Below, in pieces: positions 38,391 through 51,389 of a DNA stretch of 52,104 bases (positions are counted from its first letter, which is position 1; each line of letters starts with the position of its first letter). This stretch comes from Nemertoderma westbladi. Taxonomy: Eukaryota > Animalia > Xenacoelomorpha. The DNA is taken from the NCBI GenBank assembly GCA_032718475.1, contig JAUCBJ010003655.1, positions 1 through 52,104 of the forward strand. The letters are read 5' to 3'. The notes under the pieces were generated by a model. That model ran no database searches and was not told the DNA's origin. It was given only the letters and a program-made list of their open reading frames with translations. The position numbers and the translations under genes are program-made.

Positions 38391-39374
38391 CACAGGAATA
38401 ATAATATTAGCGCAAATTAGAAAAAAATAAATTTAGAACACAATATTAGCTAATTTCTGAACATTTGCTACCGCTAATAAAAAATCAAGGTATATTTTTT
38501 AAATTAGCTATACGTTCTAGAACATTATATCTGTATTTTATTTATGTTCTAGAACAGTATATATTGCTTTTCTATTGTTCTAGAACTCTTCAACGTTGCC
38601 ATGGCAACAATGTTATATGTTTTAAAAATTTAGTACTATGTGGAAATATAGCCTACAAAAAGTAGAAAAACTAGCTTGTATAAAAAATAAAAATTGTGTT
38701 CTAGAACAAAAATATATTTTCAAAATTAGATGAAACGAATGCTTTATTATGATGATATTGTAATGTAATTATTGTAATGATATTATATTATGGTTTTGTT
38801 CAGAAATGTAAAAATTAAGGCCTATCAGGCCTCATAAGTCGCACTAACCAGTTCAGCAGCCACTTTCCCCTGACATTCACTATCCCACCTAATCCACTTC
38901 TATTGAACAGGCAGTCTTAAGTTGCACATACTTTCTCTAAAAGGTGACCTACTGGCCTCAAGTATGTTACTGTACATTGAAACAGGAGGGAAGTACAAAT
39001 AAATAAATATTCAACTTTTATAAGAATGGGTGAATTAACCATTAAACTTTTGATTAATTTATATAATTATGTATAGTCTATATATATTTTTTATTTATTT
39101 GTATGGAATTAATTTCGCACTATCAAATCGCCAGGGCGACATATTTTCCAACTTTACATCGCAGTGCAACATTATTTCCCAGCATGTCACTACGCAATAC
39201 ATTTTACTATGTATTTCCAGTATCCAGTATGTCACCGCGTTATTGTTAGGTTGTTCTAGAAAGTTTAAGTGCATAACTCCCCCAACATAATTCCCCATAA
39301 TTCCCCACAAATAAATAAAATCAGATTCGCCATTGTTCATAATTAGCACTTTAAAGTTTTTGAAATTGACGACT

Positions 39375-40575
39375 TTGTTTATTACCCAACGGGTATAAAA
39401 TGGTTGGAATTAAATATACAAATGAAATATAAATACACCGTTTTTAAATGTATGTACAGTAAAATAAAATAAGTTTACCACTATATTTAAAAATAATTGT
39501 AAGTTAATATTTTAGACGGTTGTTTGCGATGGAATTCTTGATTGAAGGTGGAAAGCTAAAGCCAAGGCTGTGTTGTAAGCGGGGATTGCCGGGCAAAGAA
39601 GCGCATGGCAGGTATCCGTGGCAGCATCGCCACAGAGACTGCAAATGCACGAACTGTCTGGTCTCCAACACCGCTCGGTAGAACAGAGACGATGGTGGAA
39701 ACCGTTTGAGATGTATTGCGCTGCAACTCGGCGACGCTGACCCGCTAGGTTGGCCAACGATAGTCGCAGCAGTTGAGGGGTGGTCCACGGCAGCCAATAT
39801 TTTGGTCGTGGAAGCGTACTTGCTTACGCCACTCCAGAGCTTCCAGTAAAATCCTCGTACCTTTACAACGTGCTGTAATTGGAGGAGTTGTTCATTGGAG
39901 GAGTTTCCAAAAGTTGAGCAACCGTATGTTGCCGCCGGCAGTATAACTAGTGACCATAGTTTGGTAGCTGTTGCCATGGAGACTATATTTAAATTAACCA
40001 GGGAAGCTATTCGCATGCAAGAAGCTATACCGCGGGATTGGAGGTGCAAGTAGTGATTACTTGGCGTATTAGTGGTGGATAGTACTACCCCAAGGTAGTT
40101 AAATTTATTCACAAATGGTAGCTGGTGTCCATTAAATGTTAATTTATCATCTCGCGATAAATGCCCCCCGTTTCGGAATTTGACCACCTTTGTTTTAGAT
40201 AGATTTACTGTCAGGTCATTGGCCTTACAGTAGTCCGCTAGGTTGTTTTGTGCCGCTTGTACCGTGTCGATTGAAGTTCCGTATATTACAAGGTCGTCAG
40301 CATGGAGCAACACACGTATTCCTATTATTATGATAGTAAGAGCTGCCGGGAGGTCCGCAATGAAAAGACTGAATAGGAGTGGTGACAATTTGTCGCCCTG
40401 TACGACGCCGACCATCTGCACTATTGGGTCTAGAATGTAAGGGCCGATACATATTCGTAATAAATTTGTGGCAATTAGTGCCCATGTTGCTGTGATAAAC
40501 ATTCGGCTGACGCCAAGACGACCGAGTTTCTTGCAAAGTATTTCTCTGTTGACCGAGTCAAATGCCTTGGTATAG
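39375..40575 (-). mobile_element. 5'-truncated LINE (3' half of RT plus Cys/His tail), same broad group as 8146-10750
   Basis: KAFDSV, GVVQGDKLSPLLF, LLHADD, FNYLG; frameshifted tail GFHHRLC...CICSLCG..H.LLC parallels GYHHHIC...CCCRLCG..HLISC. Confidence 0.85.
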
Positions 40576-40689
40576 ACCTTGGTATTTAAAGCTTTTACGG
40601 CCCTCGTTCTATTATCGTTCACTCGTGCCGTAACGCTAATAAGTGCTATTTTATAAAAAATGACATATAAATGAAATATAAGCATATAG

Positions 40690-41093
40690 TTATTATTATT
40701 GATCAAGATATATATATCAGATATATATATCTGAGATATATATTTAAGATATATAATATCCTTGGAAACTAATAAATTATTTAAAATTAAATTAGTTTTC
40801 TTAGATACGTTAGCTTTTAATTTGAAGGTACAGTAGTGTAGAAATATTATAAATAACACATTCAAACATAAGGAATACATTAATTAAAGAACTATGTTTC
40901 ATTAAGTACTTACTGTTCGTAATTAGTCAGCTGGCTGGAATTGTGAAATTGACAAAAAACTTAAAAGATGCGCTGCTTGATTTCATGAAGCTGTCATAAG
41001 TCAGCCGTTCTACGCACAGTAGCTTAACACAAGCTTTATGGAAACAGAATCACATTAACTCACCAGTGTGACGATCTACCAGACTTTGACATT
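40690..41093 (+). promoter_or_regulatory. Upstream region of copy B, homologous to 3143-3180 plus 4389-4717
   Basis: Inverted homology; lacks the MITE. Confidence 0.55.
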
Positions 41094-43179
41094 ATGCCAA
41101 GAGATGTGCCTCTTTTGCAACCAGGAGGCCCCCCAATCCCATATATGCAACAAAGAGAGCGAGAGCCATCATCAGCTCCCCTTATACAATCAGTAGAGCC
41201 TCCAGCTCCTTATATGCAACGAGGAGGGCTTCTAACTCCCCTTATGCAACCAACAGAGCCTCCAACTACCTATATACAACCAGCAGGGCTAACAACCCCA
41301 TACATGCAACCAAGAGAGCGAGGGCCACCAGCTTCCCTTATACAACCAGGAGAGCCTCCAACTCCCCTCATGCAATCAGGATGGCTTCCAACTCCCCTTA
41401 TACAACCAGCAGAGCATCCAACTACCTATATACAACCAGCAGAGCTACCAACCCCATATATGCAACCAAGAGAGCGAGGGCCACCAGCTTCCATTATACA
41501 ACCAGGAGAGCCTCCTGCTCCATATATGCAACGAGGAGGGTTTCTATCTCCCGTTATTCCACAAGGAAGGCTCCCAACCCCACATATGCAACCAAGTGAG
41601 CGAGAGCTACCAGGTCCCCTTATACAACTAGGAGCGCCTCCAGCTACCAATATGCAACCAGCAAGGTATCCAAATCCCCTAATGCAACCAGTCGGGCCCC
41701 CAACCCAATACATGCAACTAAGAGAGCGAGAGCCACCAGCTCCCGTTGTGCAACTGGGAGAGCGTCCAATTCCCTATATGCAACGAGGAGGGCTTCTAAC
41801 TCCCCGAATGCAACCGGGAGTAGAACAGGGTCAACCCTTCTTGATGCCAATATACCGTAGCCCTATAAAACCGGGACTGCGTCAAGCCCCCACCCAAACA
41901 CATACAAACGCTCTTATTACACAAACAGAAGGTCCGCCAAGGCAGTGGTGTCCACCACAGCGAGACATGTTGGAAGAGAACAAAACATACCATGGTCTGT
42001 GTGATTCTTTTAATGTTGCGGAACAATGTGGCTACATAAAACCGGATATCAGTAAGAAATTAGTATTTTTTTTACAGTCTAAAGTCCATATTGATGGATA
42101 CAATAAGATTCTGATGGAGGGTGATGCTGTTATATTTCAATGCGAAATTAAAAAAGATAGAAATGATAAAATTGCATATAGAGCAACAAGGGTTAGTGTT
42201 CCAGGATGTAATTATTGCGGCCCAGATAGATATAAACTTCCAAACATAGAGGAGACCATAACTTATACCGGCCGTTGTATATACTATAATTATGCAGATA
42301 AACATGGGTATATAGTTCCATTCGATAAAAAAAATAACATGGAACTTTGTCATTGCCACACAATATACTTTAGTGAATATAACATCCATGTTACTAAGAA
42401 ACGCAGGCCTCGTTTCAATATTGACCACAAAAAGCTTCTATTCCAGTATAGTTATAATGAAACAAATGGCAATCGTTATGCCACATGTGTTACAATACAG
42501 GGTGATGATTCATGCGAGGTAGCTAAAAGTATTAACCTTAACCAAGATGGAGAAAGCAAACGTTTGCAAACGGATAAGTATGATATGCTAGAGGATGGTA
42601 AAACATACAAAGGAGAAGTGCAATTAGTTTGGAAAGATAAGAGTTATTGGTTTACTGTACCGATAATAAACGGATTGCCACTTTGCTGTTGTTATGTATT
42701 GTTTACGCTGCCATCGGACATCCATATTAATGGACACCAAAATTATCTGAAAAATGATGACTTCGTTAGATTCCGGATCCACTCTTATTTACACACCAGA
42801 CAAGAAGGAGCCTTAGTGGTTACCGTGGAGGGTGACTTTAAATGCAGGGCCGCACGGATGGTTAACAGGAACGCAACTTTTATTGAAGAAAACAAACCAC
42901 ACAATATCGAAGATGCCCATACCTTGCATGAGGAAAGAATATATATTGGTATATACAGTTGTAAATTATTCAATCATGAAGCAGAATATTATGAATCTAT
43001 AATTCCGATAATTGATGAGAAGGAACTCTGTGGATGTTACAGAATATTAGTTAGCCAAGAAATGATTGAAAAACTTACGAATGAAGAGATGAACGTTAGG
43101 AAGGAAAACCGTTCGATTTCGGTTCCGATTTGACGAAATAAAAAAACAAAGGATAGCAACATGGGTGCGGGTCATTTAA
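41094..43179 (+). CDS. Pro/Gln-repeat plus multi-cold-shock-domain protein (copy B); +1 insertion near 43090 ends the ORF at 43133 instead of 43179
   Basis: 679-aa ORF collinear with copy A; gagatgaacg vs gagagaacg; ancestral C-terminus KQRIATWVRVI* is still encoded out of frame. Confidence 0.8.
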
Positions 43180-43517
43180 ATGGAAAAGGACAGTCATGAT
43201 ACGTGCATATGAGTAATCTAAATTTTAATTTAGATAAATTATTATTAAATACGATTTTGGCGACCAATAAAATATTGTTACTAGTTAGTCTGTTACCAGT
43301 TAATGCCTCCATATCTTATTCTCATGAGTAGACCTACTGAAGTAAGTAAGACAGTGAATAACAACTATTTGTTCAGTATATACAATTCAATGCTATATTT
43401 TACACAAGTTACTGAGCTCCAGTAAGCTGGTTGGTATAACGGGTATGTTTGTACTGGGAGGATATCAGATTAGCAAAATATTGTTGAATTGAGTCTGTTC
43501 TATTACCAGTTGTTATA

Positions 43518-44239
43518 TATGGGTTGCCGTTGATGTAAAAAGATAAGAAAAAATATTGGAGAGAAAAATAAATATTTGTAAGAAAAAAAATATATTTGTG
43601 AGAAGAAAATTAATATTTGCGAGAAGAAAATTAACAATTGTGAGAAAAAGTATAAATTGGTGAGAATAAATAAATATTGTTGATACAATAATATATTAGT
43701 GAGAAAAAATATCTATGTTGCTGAAATTTCTTTAAAATTATGTTGGCAAGAAACTATATGTATTGGTGGAAAACTTTGCGAAAATATATTTTGCACAGAA
43801 AATATATATTGGTGAACTTGGTCTGATGTTTTCATGCATACAGTAGAGACATCAAAATTGATACCGGTACAAGCTAAATTTCAGTAGGCCTACGACAGTA
43901 TAAGCAGTAGGACTACAGTACCAGTAACAGTAATACAGTACAGTACGTTGTGCAAAATGAGCTAATGCCAAACGTTTCACGAACCAAGTTCACCAATATA
44001 TATTGTTATAACCAAAATATCTTCTCATAAGTTCACCAATATAAATTTAACTGACCTAAATATTTTTTCATAAATTAGACCAATATATATTTGTCTCTTT
44101 CAAACCAATATATTTTTTCATAAGATAAGTATTTTTTCGTATATATATTTTTTTATCCAACATGTATTTTTTCTCACTAATATAAATTTTCTCTGAATTA
44201 TCTCTAAATTTTCTCTTTTTGCATTAACAACGCCCCATA
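43518..44239. mobile_element. Foldback MITE with tandem subterminal repeats
   Basis: Imperfect TIRs tatgggttgccgttgatgtaaaaaga / tctttttgcattaacaacgccccata; inner tatattggtgaacttggt / accaagttcaccaatata; flanked by gttata on both sides. Confidence 0.6.
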
Positions 44240-44337
44240 GTTATAAGTCAATATAATTATTTATTACATGGGAAAAAAGTATAACTTTTTTTTCTCTATA
44301 CTCGAGGAATTTTATTGACCAAGCGTCAGCGAGGTTA

Positions 44338-47040
44338 ACGCAGTTTGGAATTTGAAATTTTATTACTTTTCCTAAAAATATATTGTCTTTCTAATAGTGA
44401 AAACGGTTTTTAAAAATATTGGGAACTTTAGGTTTCGAGTTATAGCACAATTTTTTAATGCTTTTGGCACTTTTTTGCGATGTTTTTTGAAAATTACATT
44501 TCATGAAATATGATTTGTAACATCTCTATTTTTGATTTACACGGTTTTTGGTGTTCGCAATTAGATGCATTCATATAAATGAGCTAGAAATTTCAAACTT
44601 GTTTTTAGCGGCGAGTGCCAAATTTTGGTGCTAGCACCAATTTTTGAAATATGTCAATTTTGTAAATTGATTGTTTGAACCTGTTTTTTTGCGCAATAGG
44701 GGTTTCTGAATTCTATTTTCGATGGAATACATACGTATACGAGTTGCACCAGGCATATCAAACTTATATTTTTCGGTGCTGTGTGCAAAATATGGTGCCA
44801 GCACGAAATTTTGAAAATCCATTCAGTAGTTTAACCCTATTAGTACCGGGCTATAAAATGCTGTACAAATACCGGGGGGGGGGGGGGGGGGAGGGGGTCA
44901 TATTGACCCTCCCTCTAAAATCTACAAATATTAACGAAAACGTCTGATTTTTTGTTTGTACGTAGGTATCACTAGTCTGGATCCGACCGAAAAAAAAAAT
45001 TTCGAAGAAAATGTACTGGGGTGGTAATATTGCAGCACCAAAATTACAAGTAGTGCACAATTTTCACAAAATTTGAAAGTTACATTTTTCGGCTAATTGT
45101 TTTTCAATACAGGTTTTCTGGGGCGCAAAATACATTGGAAAATAATTAAAAATGATATGATTACCATAAATGGCTGTTTAGTCCTCTCTGCGTAGGAAAA
45201 ATAATGAAAAAAACAAGTAACCAGCACTTTTCAGTTAGAACACAAAATTTTTAATTCACTTATACGATGCTATAAATTCACATTTTCAGGTTTTCTAGGG
45301 CGCTGATTCTAATGGAATACATTTCAAATATGCCAGATCATTGCTACTTGTATTTTTCGGCGTAATTTGGCAAATTTTGGTGCTAGCACCAAATTTCGTA
45401 CCCATCACCAAAAAGTACAAGTTTGCGATGTCCAGTGCTGTTTTTATTGATTCCATCGGATTCAGGACCCTCATAAACCCGTATAACGCAAGAAACAAGA
45501 TGACACTATCAACTGATATATTCGCTGGTTTTCCAAAATTTGGTGCTAGCACCACATTTTGCACCCACTTCCGAAAAATACAAGTTTGAGATGTCTATTC
45601 GATAATTATATATTCCATTGAATTCAGAACAGCCATAAACCTCTAAAACGCAAGAAATAAATTGTCACAAGCAATTTTATCTATTGAATGGATTTTCAAA
45701 ATTTCGTGCTAGCACCAAAATTTGCACACAGCACCGAAAAATACAAGTTTGATACGCTTGGTGCAACTCGTATATATTTCATCGAAACCAGAACCCCAAA
45801 AAACCCCAATTGCGTAAAAAACAAGTTTCAAACAATCAATTTACAAAATTGACATATTTCAAATTTTGGTGCTGGCACCAAAATTTAGCACCCGCCGAAA
45901 AAAACAAGTTTGAAATTTCTAAATCAATTTATATGAATTCCATCCAATTGCTAACACCAAAAAACCGGTGTAAATCAAAAATAGAGATGTTAGAATTAAT
46001 ATTTAATGAAATGTAATTTTCAACAAAAGGTCTCAAAAAAAGTGCCAAAAGTAGGGTTAAAAAATGGTGCTATAACTCGAAAACTACCCAATATTTTTGA
46101 AAACGGTTTTCACTACTATGAAGACAATATATTTTTAGGAAAAGTCATACAATTTCAGATTCCCAACTGCGTTTGTTTCAGAATTATTATTAAAAAACCA
46201 CGGGGGGGGTCATATTGACCCCCCCCCCCCCCCCCCCCCGGGTTTAATAGGGTTAATTGATTGTGACAACTTATTTCTCGCATTTTACTGTTTTTGGTGT
46301 TTCTGAATTCAATGGAATAAATAATTATCGAACTAGACATCTCAAACTTGTATTTTTCGGAAGTGGGATCAAAATTTTGTGCTAGCACCAAATTTTGTAA
46401 CCAATCAAATTTATCAATTGACTGTGTCACCTTGTTTCTTACGTGATGCCGTTTTGTGAGGTTTCTGAATTCATTACAATAAGTAAAAATAAAAAAAGGG
46501 TATTCAAACTTGTATTTTTAGCCGGTGGCGTGGTTGAACAATTTTGTGCCAGCACCAAAGTTTTGAAAACAAGAAAATTTATTAAGAAATAGCTTCATCT
46601 TGTTTCTTGCGATAGACTGGATTATGATGGTCCGATGGAAACAATAAAAACAGCACTGGACATCTCAAACTTGTACTTTTTGGTGATTGGTACGAAATTT
46701 GGTGCTAGCACCAAAATCTGCGATAATACTCCGAAAAATACGAGCTGAAATGATGTGGAACATTTGAAATGTATTCTTTTAGAATCAGCGCCCAGAAAAT
46801 CGGAAAATGTGAATTTATAGCATCGTATAGGTAAATAAAAAATTCCGTGTTCAAACTGCGGTTTACTTGTTTTTTTTTCATTTTTGCCTACGTAGTGGAC
46901 TAAAACTGCCATTTATAGTCATCAGATTATTTTTAAATATTTTACAATGGATTCAGCGCCCCAGAAAAATGTATTGAAAAAAGATTACCTGAAAATTTTA
47001 ACTTGCAAATTGTTTACTACTTGAAATTTTGGTGCTGCCA
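44338..47040. mobile_element. Older antisense copy of the 44835-46252 family, split by that insertion
   Basis: 44338-44830 is the inverse of ~45685-46172, and 46257-47040 is the inverse of ~45030-45680. Confidence 0.75.
44835..46252. mobile_element. Non-autonomous piggyBac-like element
   Basis: TTAA-ccctattagtaccggg ... cccgggtttaataggg-TTAA; internal tggtgctagcacca palindromes. Confidence 0.8.
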
Positions 47041-47070
47041 AAAAAGTAATTAATCAGTATATTTTTTATT

Positions 47071-47075
<5 letters not shown>

Positions 47076-47105
<30 letters not shown>
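47076..47105. repeat. (TA)n microsatellite; a second one lies at 51361-51382
   Basis: Direct reading. Confidence 0.9.
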
Positions 47106-47107
<2 letters not shown>

Positions 47108-47410
47108 AACACACAACCTTAGGGCCACTTATGGATGTAAGTAGGTGGCCTTATGGTTCTATTCAATATCCAACAGTGGCCCTATGGTCGGAAAGGTGGC
47201 CCTATGGTTTAATCGTGCCATAGGGCCACAGTGGCCCTATGGTATGAAGTAGTTGTAAGGCGTTAGAAGGTCCTTTGGACGTTAGGTGTTGCGTCTTTAG
47301 GTCCTATGAGTGGTTGTTATTAACCCCTGCGCTGTTAGGTTCTGTCATAATACAGTAGTTTTATTTATATTTAAAGCTGATTATCTTCTAAAATGCAATA
47401 AGCCTTCTAT

Positions 47411-50400
47411 TAGGTGAGCGTTCTATTCAGTGAGTGTACTATTTAGCGAGTGTTCTATTCAGTGAGTGTTACATTCAGTAAGCGTTCTATTCATTTAAAC
47501 GTTCTATTCAGTGAGTGTTCTATTCAGTGAGCGTTCTATTCAGTGAGTGTTCTATTCAGTAAACGTTATATTCGTGAACGTTCTATTCAGTGAGTGTTCT
47601 ATTCAGTAAGCATTCTATTCAGTGGACGTTATATTCAGTGAGTGTTCTATTCAGTAAGCGTTCTATTCAGTGAACGTTCTATTCAGTGAGTGTTCTATTC
47701 AGTGAGCGTTGTATTCAGTGAGTGTTCTATTCAGTAAGCATTCTATTCAGTGAACGTTCTATTCAGTGAGTGTTACATTCAGTAAGCGTTCTATTCATTT
47801 AATCATTCTATTCAGTAAGCATTCTATTCAGTGAACGTTCTATTCAGTGAGTGTTCTATTCAGTGAGCGTTCTAATCAGTGAGCGTTCTATTCAGTGAGG
47901 GTTATATTCTGTGAACGTTCAATTCAGTGAGCGTTCTATTCAGTGAGTGTTCTATTCAGTGAGCGTTCTATTCAGTGAGTGTTCTATTCAGTAAGCGTTC
48001 TATTCAGTGAACGTTCAATTCAGTAAGCATTATATTCAGTGAACGTTCTATTCAGTGAGTGTTCTATTCAGTAAGCGTTCTATTCATTTAAACGTTCTAT
48101 TCAGTGAGTGTTCTATTCAGTGAGCGTTCTATTCAGTGAGTGTTCTATTCAGTAAACGTTATATTCAGTGAACGTTCTATTCAGTGAGCGTTCTAATCAG
48201 TGAGCGTTCTATTCAGTGAGTGTTACATTCAGTAAGCGTTCTATTAATTTAAACGTTCTATTCAGTGAGTGTTCTATTCAGTGAGTGTTCTATTCAGTGA
48301 GTGTTCTATTCAGTGAGTGTTATATTCAGTGAACGTTCTATTCAGTAAGCATTCTATTCAGTGAACGTTCTATTCAGTGAGTGTTACATTCAGTGAACGT
48401 TCTATTCAGTGAGCGTTCTATTCAGTGAGCGTTCTATTCAGTGAGCGTTCTATTCAGTGAGTGTTACATTCAGTAAGCGTTCTATTCATTTAAACGTTCT
48501 ATTCAGTGAGTGTTCTATTCAGTGAGTGTTCTATTCAGTGAGTGTTATATTCAGTGAACGTTCTATTCAGTAAGCATTCTATTCAGTGAACGTTCTATTC
48601 AGTGAGTGTTATATTCAGTGAGCGTTCTAATCAGTGAGCGTTCTATTCAGTGAGGGTTATATTCTGTGAACGTTCAATTCAGTGAGCGTTCTATTCAGTG
48701 CACGTTCAATTCAATGATCGTTCTATTCAGTGAACGTTATATTCTGTGAACGTTCAATTCAGTAAGCATTATATTCAGTGAACGTTCTATTCAGTGAGTG
48801 TTCTATTCAGTAAGCGTTCTATTCATTTAAACGTTCTATTCAGTGAGTGTTCTATTCAGTGAGCGTTCTATTCAGTGAGTGTTCTATTCAGTAAACGTTA
48901 TATTCAGTGAACGTTCTATTCAGTGAGCGTTCTATTCAGTGAGCGTTCTATTCAGTGAGTGTTCTATTCAGTGAGCGTTCTATTCAGTGAGTGTTCTATT
49001 CAGTGAGTGTTCTATTCAGTGAGCTGTTCTATTCAGTGAGCGTTCTATTCAGTGAGTGTTCTATTCAGTGAACGTTCTATTCAGTGAGCGTTCTATTCAG
49101 TGAGCGTTCTATTCAGTGAGTGTTCTATTCAGTGAGCGTTCTATTCAGTGAGCGTTCTATTCAGTGAGTGTTCTATTCAGTGAACGTTCTATTCAGTGAG
49201 CGTTACTATTCAGTGAGCGTTCTATTCAGTGAGCGTTCTATTCAGTGAGTGTTCTATTCAGTGAGCGTTCTATTCAGTGAGCGTTCTATTCAGTGAGTGT
49301 TCTATTCAGTGAGTGTTCTATTCAGTGAGCGTTCTATTCAGTGAGGGTTATATTCTGTGAACGTTCAATTCAGTGAGCGTTCTATTCAGTGCACGTTCTA
49401 TTCAGTGATCGTTCTATTCAGTGAACGTTCTATTCAGTGAGCGTTCTATTCAGTAAGCTTTCTATTCAGTGAACGTTCTATTCAGTGAGTGTTCTATTCA
49501 GTGAGCGTTCTATTCAGTGAGCGTTCTATTCAGTGAGTGTTCTATTCAGTGAGCGTTCTATTCAGTGAGTGTTCTATTCAGTGAGTTCTATTCAGTGAGC
49601 GTTCTATTCAGTGAGCGTTATATTCAGTGAAGCGTTCTATTCAGTGAGTGTTCTATTCAGTGAGTGTTCTATTCAGTGAACGTTCTATTCAGTGAGCGTT
49701 CTATTCAGTGAGTGTTCTATTCAGTGAGCTTTCTATTCAGTGAGCGTTATATTCAGTGAACGTTCTATTCAGTGAGCGTTCTATTCAGTGAGTGTTCTAT
49801 TCAGTGAAGCGTTCTATTCAGTGAGCGTTCTATTCAGTGAGTGTTCTATTCAGTGAGTGTTCTATTCAGTGAGCGTTATATTCAGTGAACGTTCTATTCA
49901 GTGAGTGTTCTATTCAGTGAGCGTTCTATTCAGTGAACGTTCTATTCAGTGAGCGTTATATTCAGTGAGCGTTCTATTCAGTGAGCGTTCTATTCAGTGA
50001 GTGTTCTATTCAGTGAGCTGTTCTATTCAGTGAGTGTTCTATTCAGTGAGCGTTCTATTCAGTGAGCGTTCTATTCAGTGAGTGTTCTATTCAGTGAGCG
50101 TTCTATTCAGTGAGCGTTCTATTCAGTGAGTGTTCTATTCAGTGAGCGTTCTATTCAGTGACGTTCTATTCAGTGAGTGTTCTATTCAGTGAGCGTTCTA
50201 TTCAGTGAGCGTTCTATTCAGTGAGTTTCTATTCAGTGAGCTTTCTATTCAGTGAGTGTTCTATTCAGTGAGTGTTCTATTCAGTGAGCGTTCTATTCAG
50301 TGAGCGTTCTATTCAGTGAGCGTTCTATTCAGTGAGCATTCTATTCAGTGAGTGTTCTATTCAGTGAGCGTTCTATTTCAGTGAACGTTCTATTCAGTGA

Positions 50401-50543
50401 GCTTCTATTCAGTGAGCTTCTATTCAGTGATGTTCTATTGAGTGAGCGTTCCACGCAATGAACGTTCTATTCAGTGAGCGTTCTATTCAGTGAGCATTAT
50501 ACTCAGAGAGCGTTATATTCCGTATACATTCTATTCAGTGAGC
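47411..50543. repeat. 16-bp tandem satellite (gagcgttctattcagt), ~195 copies
   Basis: Direct reading; variants gagt/gaac/aagc. Confidence 0.98.
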
Positions 50544-51389
50544 GAAATAAAAAAACTATTAGAAAGTAGCATAAATGTAGAATTTAAATTAAAAAAATAC
50601 AGCACGCCGTTTATACAATTCAATAATAATTAATTCATTTGTTCTAGTCCCTCTGGTGTATAAAAAATCAGTAGACTTTAACTCTAAAGGTAAAATCTAT
50701 ATATCTGTTATAATAAAGATCCGTCAAAACCATAGGGCCACTATTTTTTATGTAATGGTTTTATGTAATAAAAACTTAATAATACGGTATTTGACTGCAA
50801 GCACAAAGAGGATCATCTGCATTAATGATATCAAATAGCTCCAATAAAAATTTCGATATCAAAATTTAATTACAAAGTTTTTAAATCACACTAACTAATT
50901 TTTCAACTTTGTCTCAGATAACCAACCATCTTGGTTCAAATACCTACAAGTTAGTCATGGAATCAAAGATATATAAAATTATATATTAAAATATACATAA
51001 GTTTTGAAATGAATAAAAACGGTGTAGAAAAGTCTAACAAAGCATTTTCGGAAAAGATCTGAGTTCTAGAATGTGTTTTTGATGTGTAAATTACACAAAA
51101 ATTACCAGAAAATTTAGGTGGCCCTGTGGTCGTTTTGTGTTATGTACTTTTCCTATAGAAATGTATTGCAAACGAATATCCAACAATATATATATAATAG
51201 TCATTATATTGGAGCCGTGTAATTTTTTGCATCGGATTTTTCTAACAATTAATAGATATTATTATTAACATGCTTATCTTGTTCTATTATTATTCGATAG
51301 TTAATGTACTAGTTTATATCTTAATTATTAAGGAGTGGCCCTATGGCCACCAGTTGGAGTTATATATATATATATATATATAGATATAT

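Noticed and set aside
39095-39349. Tc1 transposase-like (WGIM..VG..L.F) or kinase-like (HCDVKLEN) fragment
   Set aside because: Too short and the motifs conflict; cannot be supported
40576-40880. N-terminal 100 aa of the 458-aa ORF 39504-40880
   Set aside because: AT-rich read-through into the non-coding upstream region of copy B; RT similarity starts only at KAFDSV
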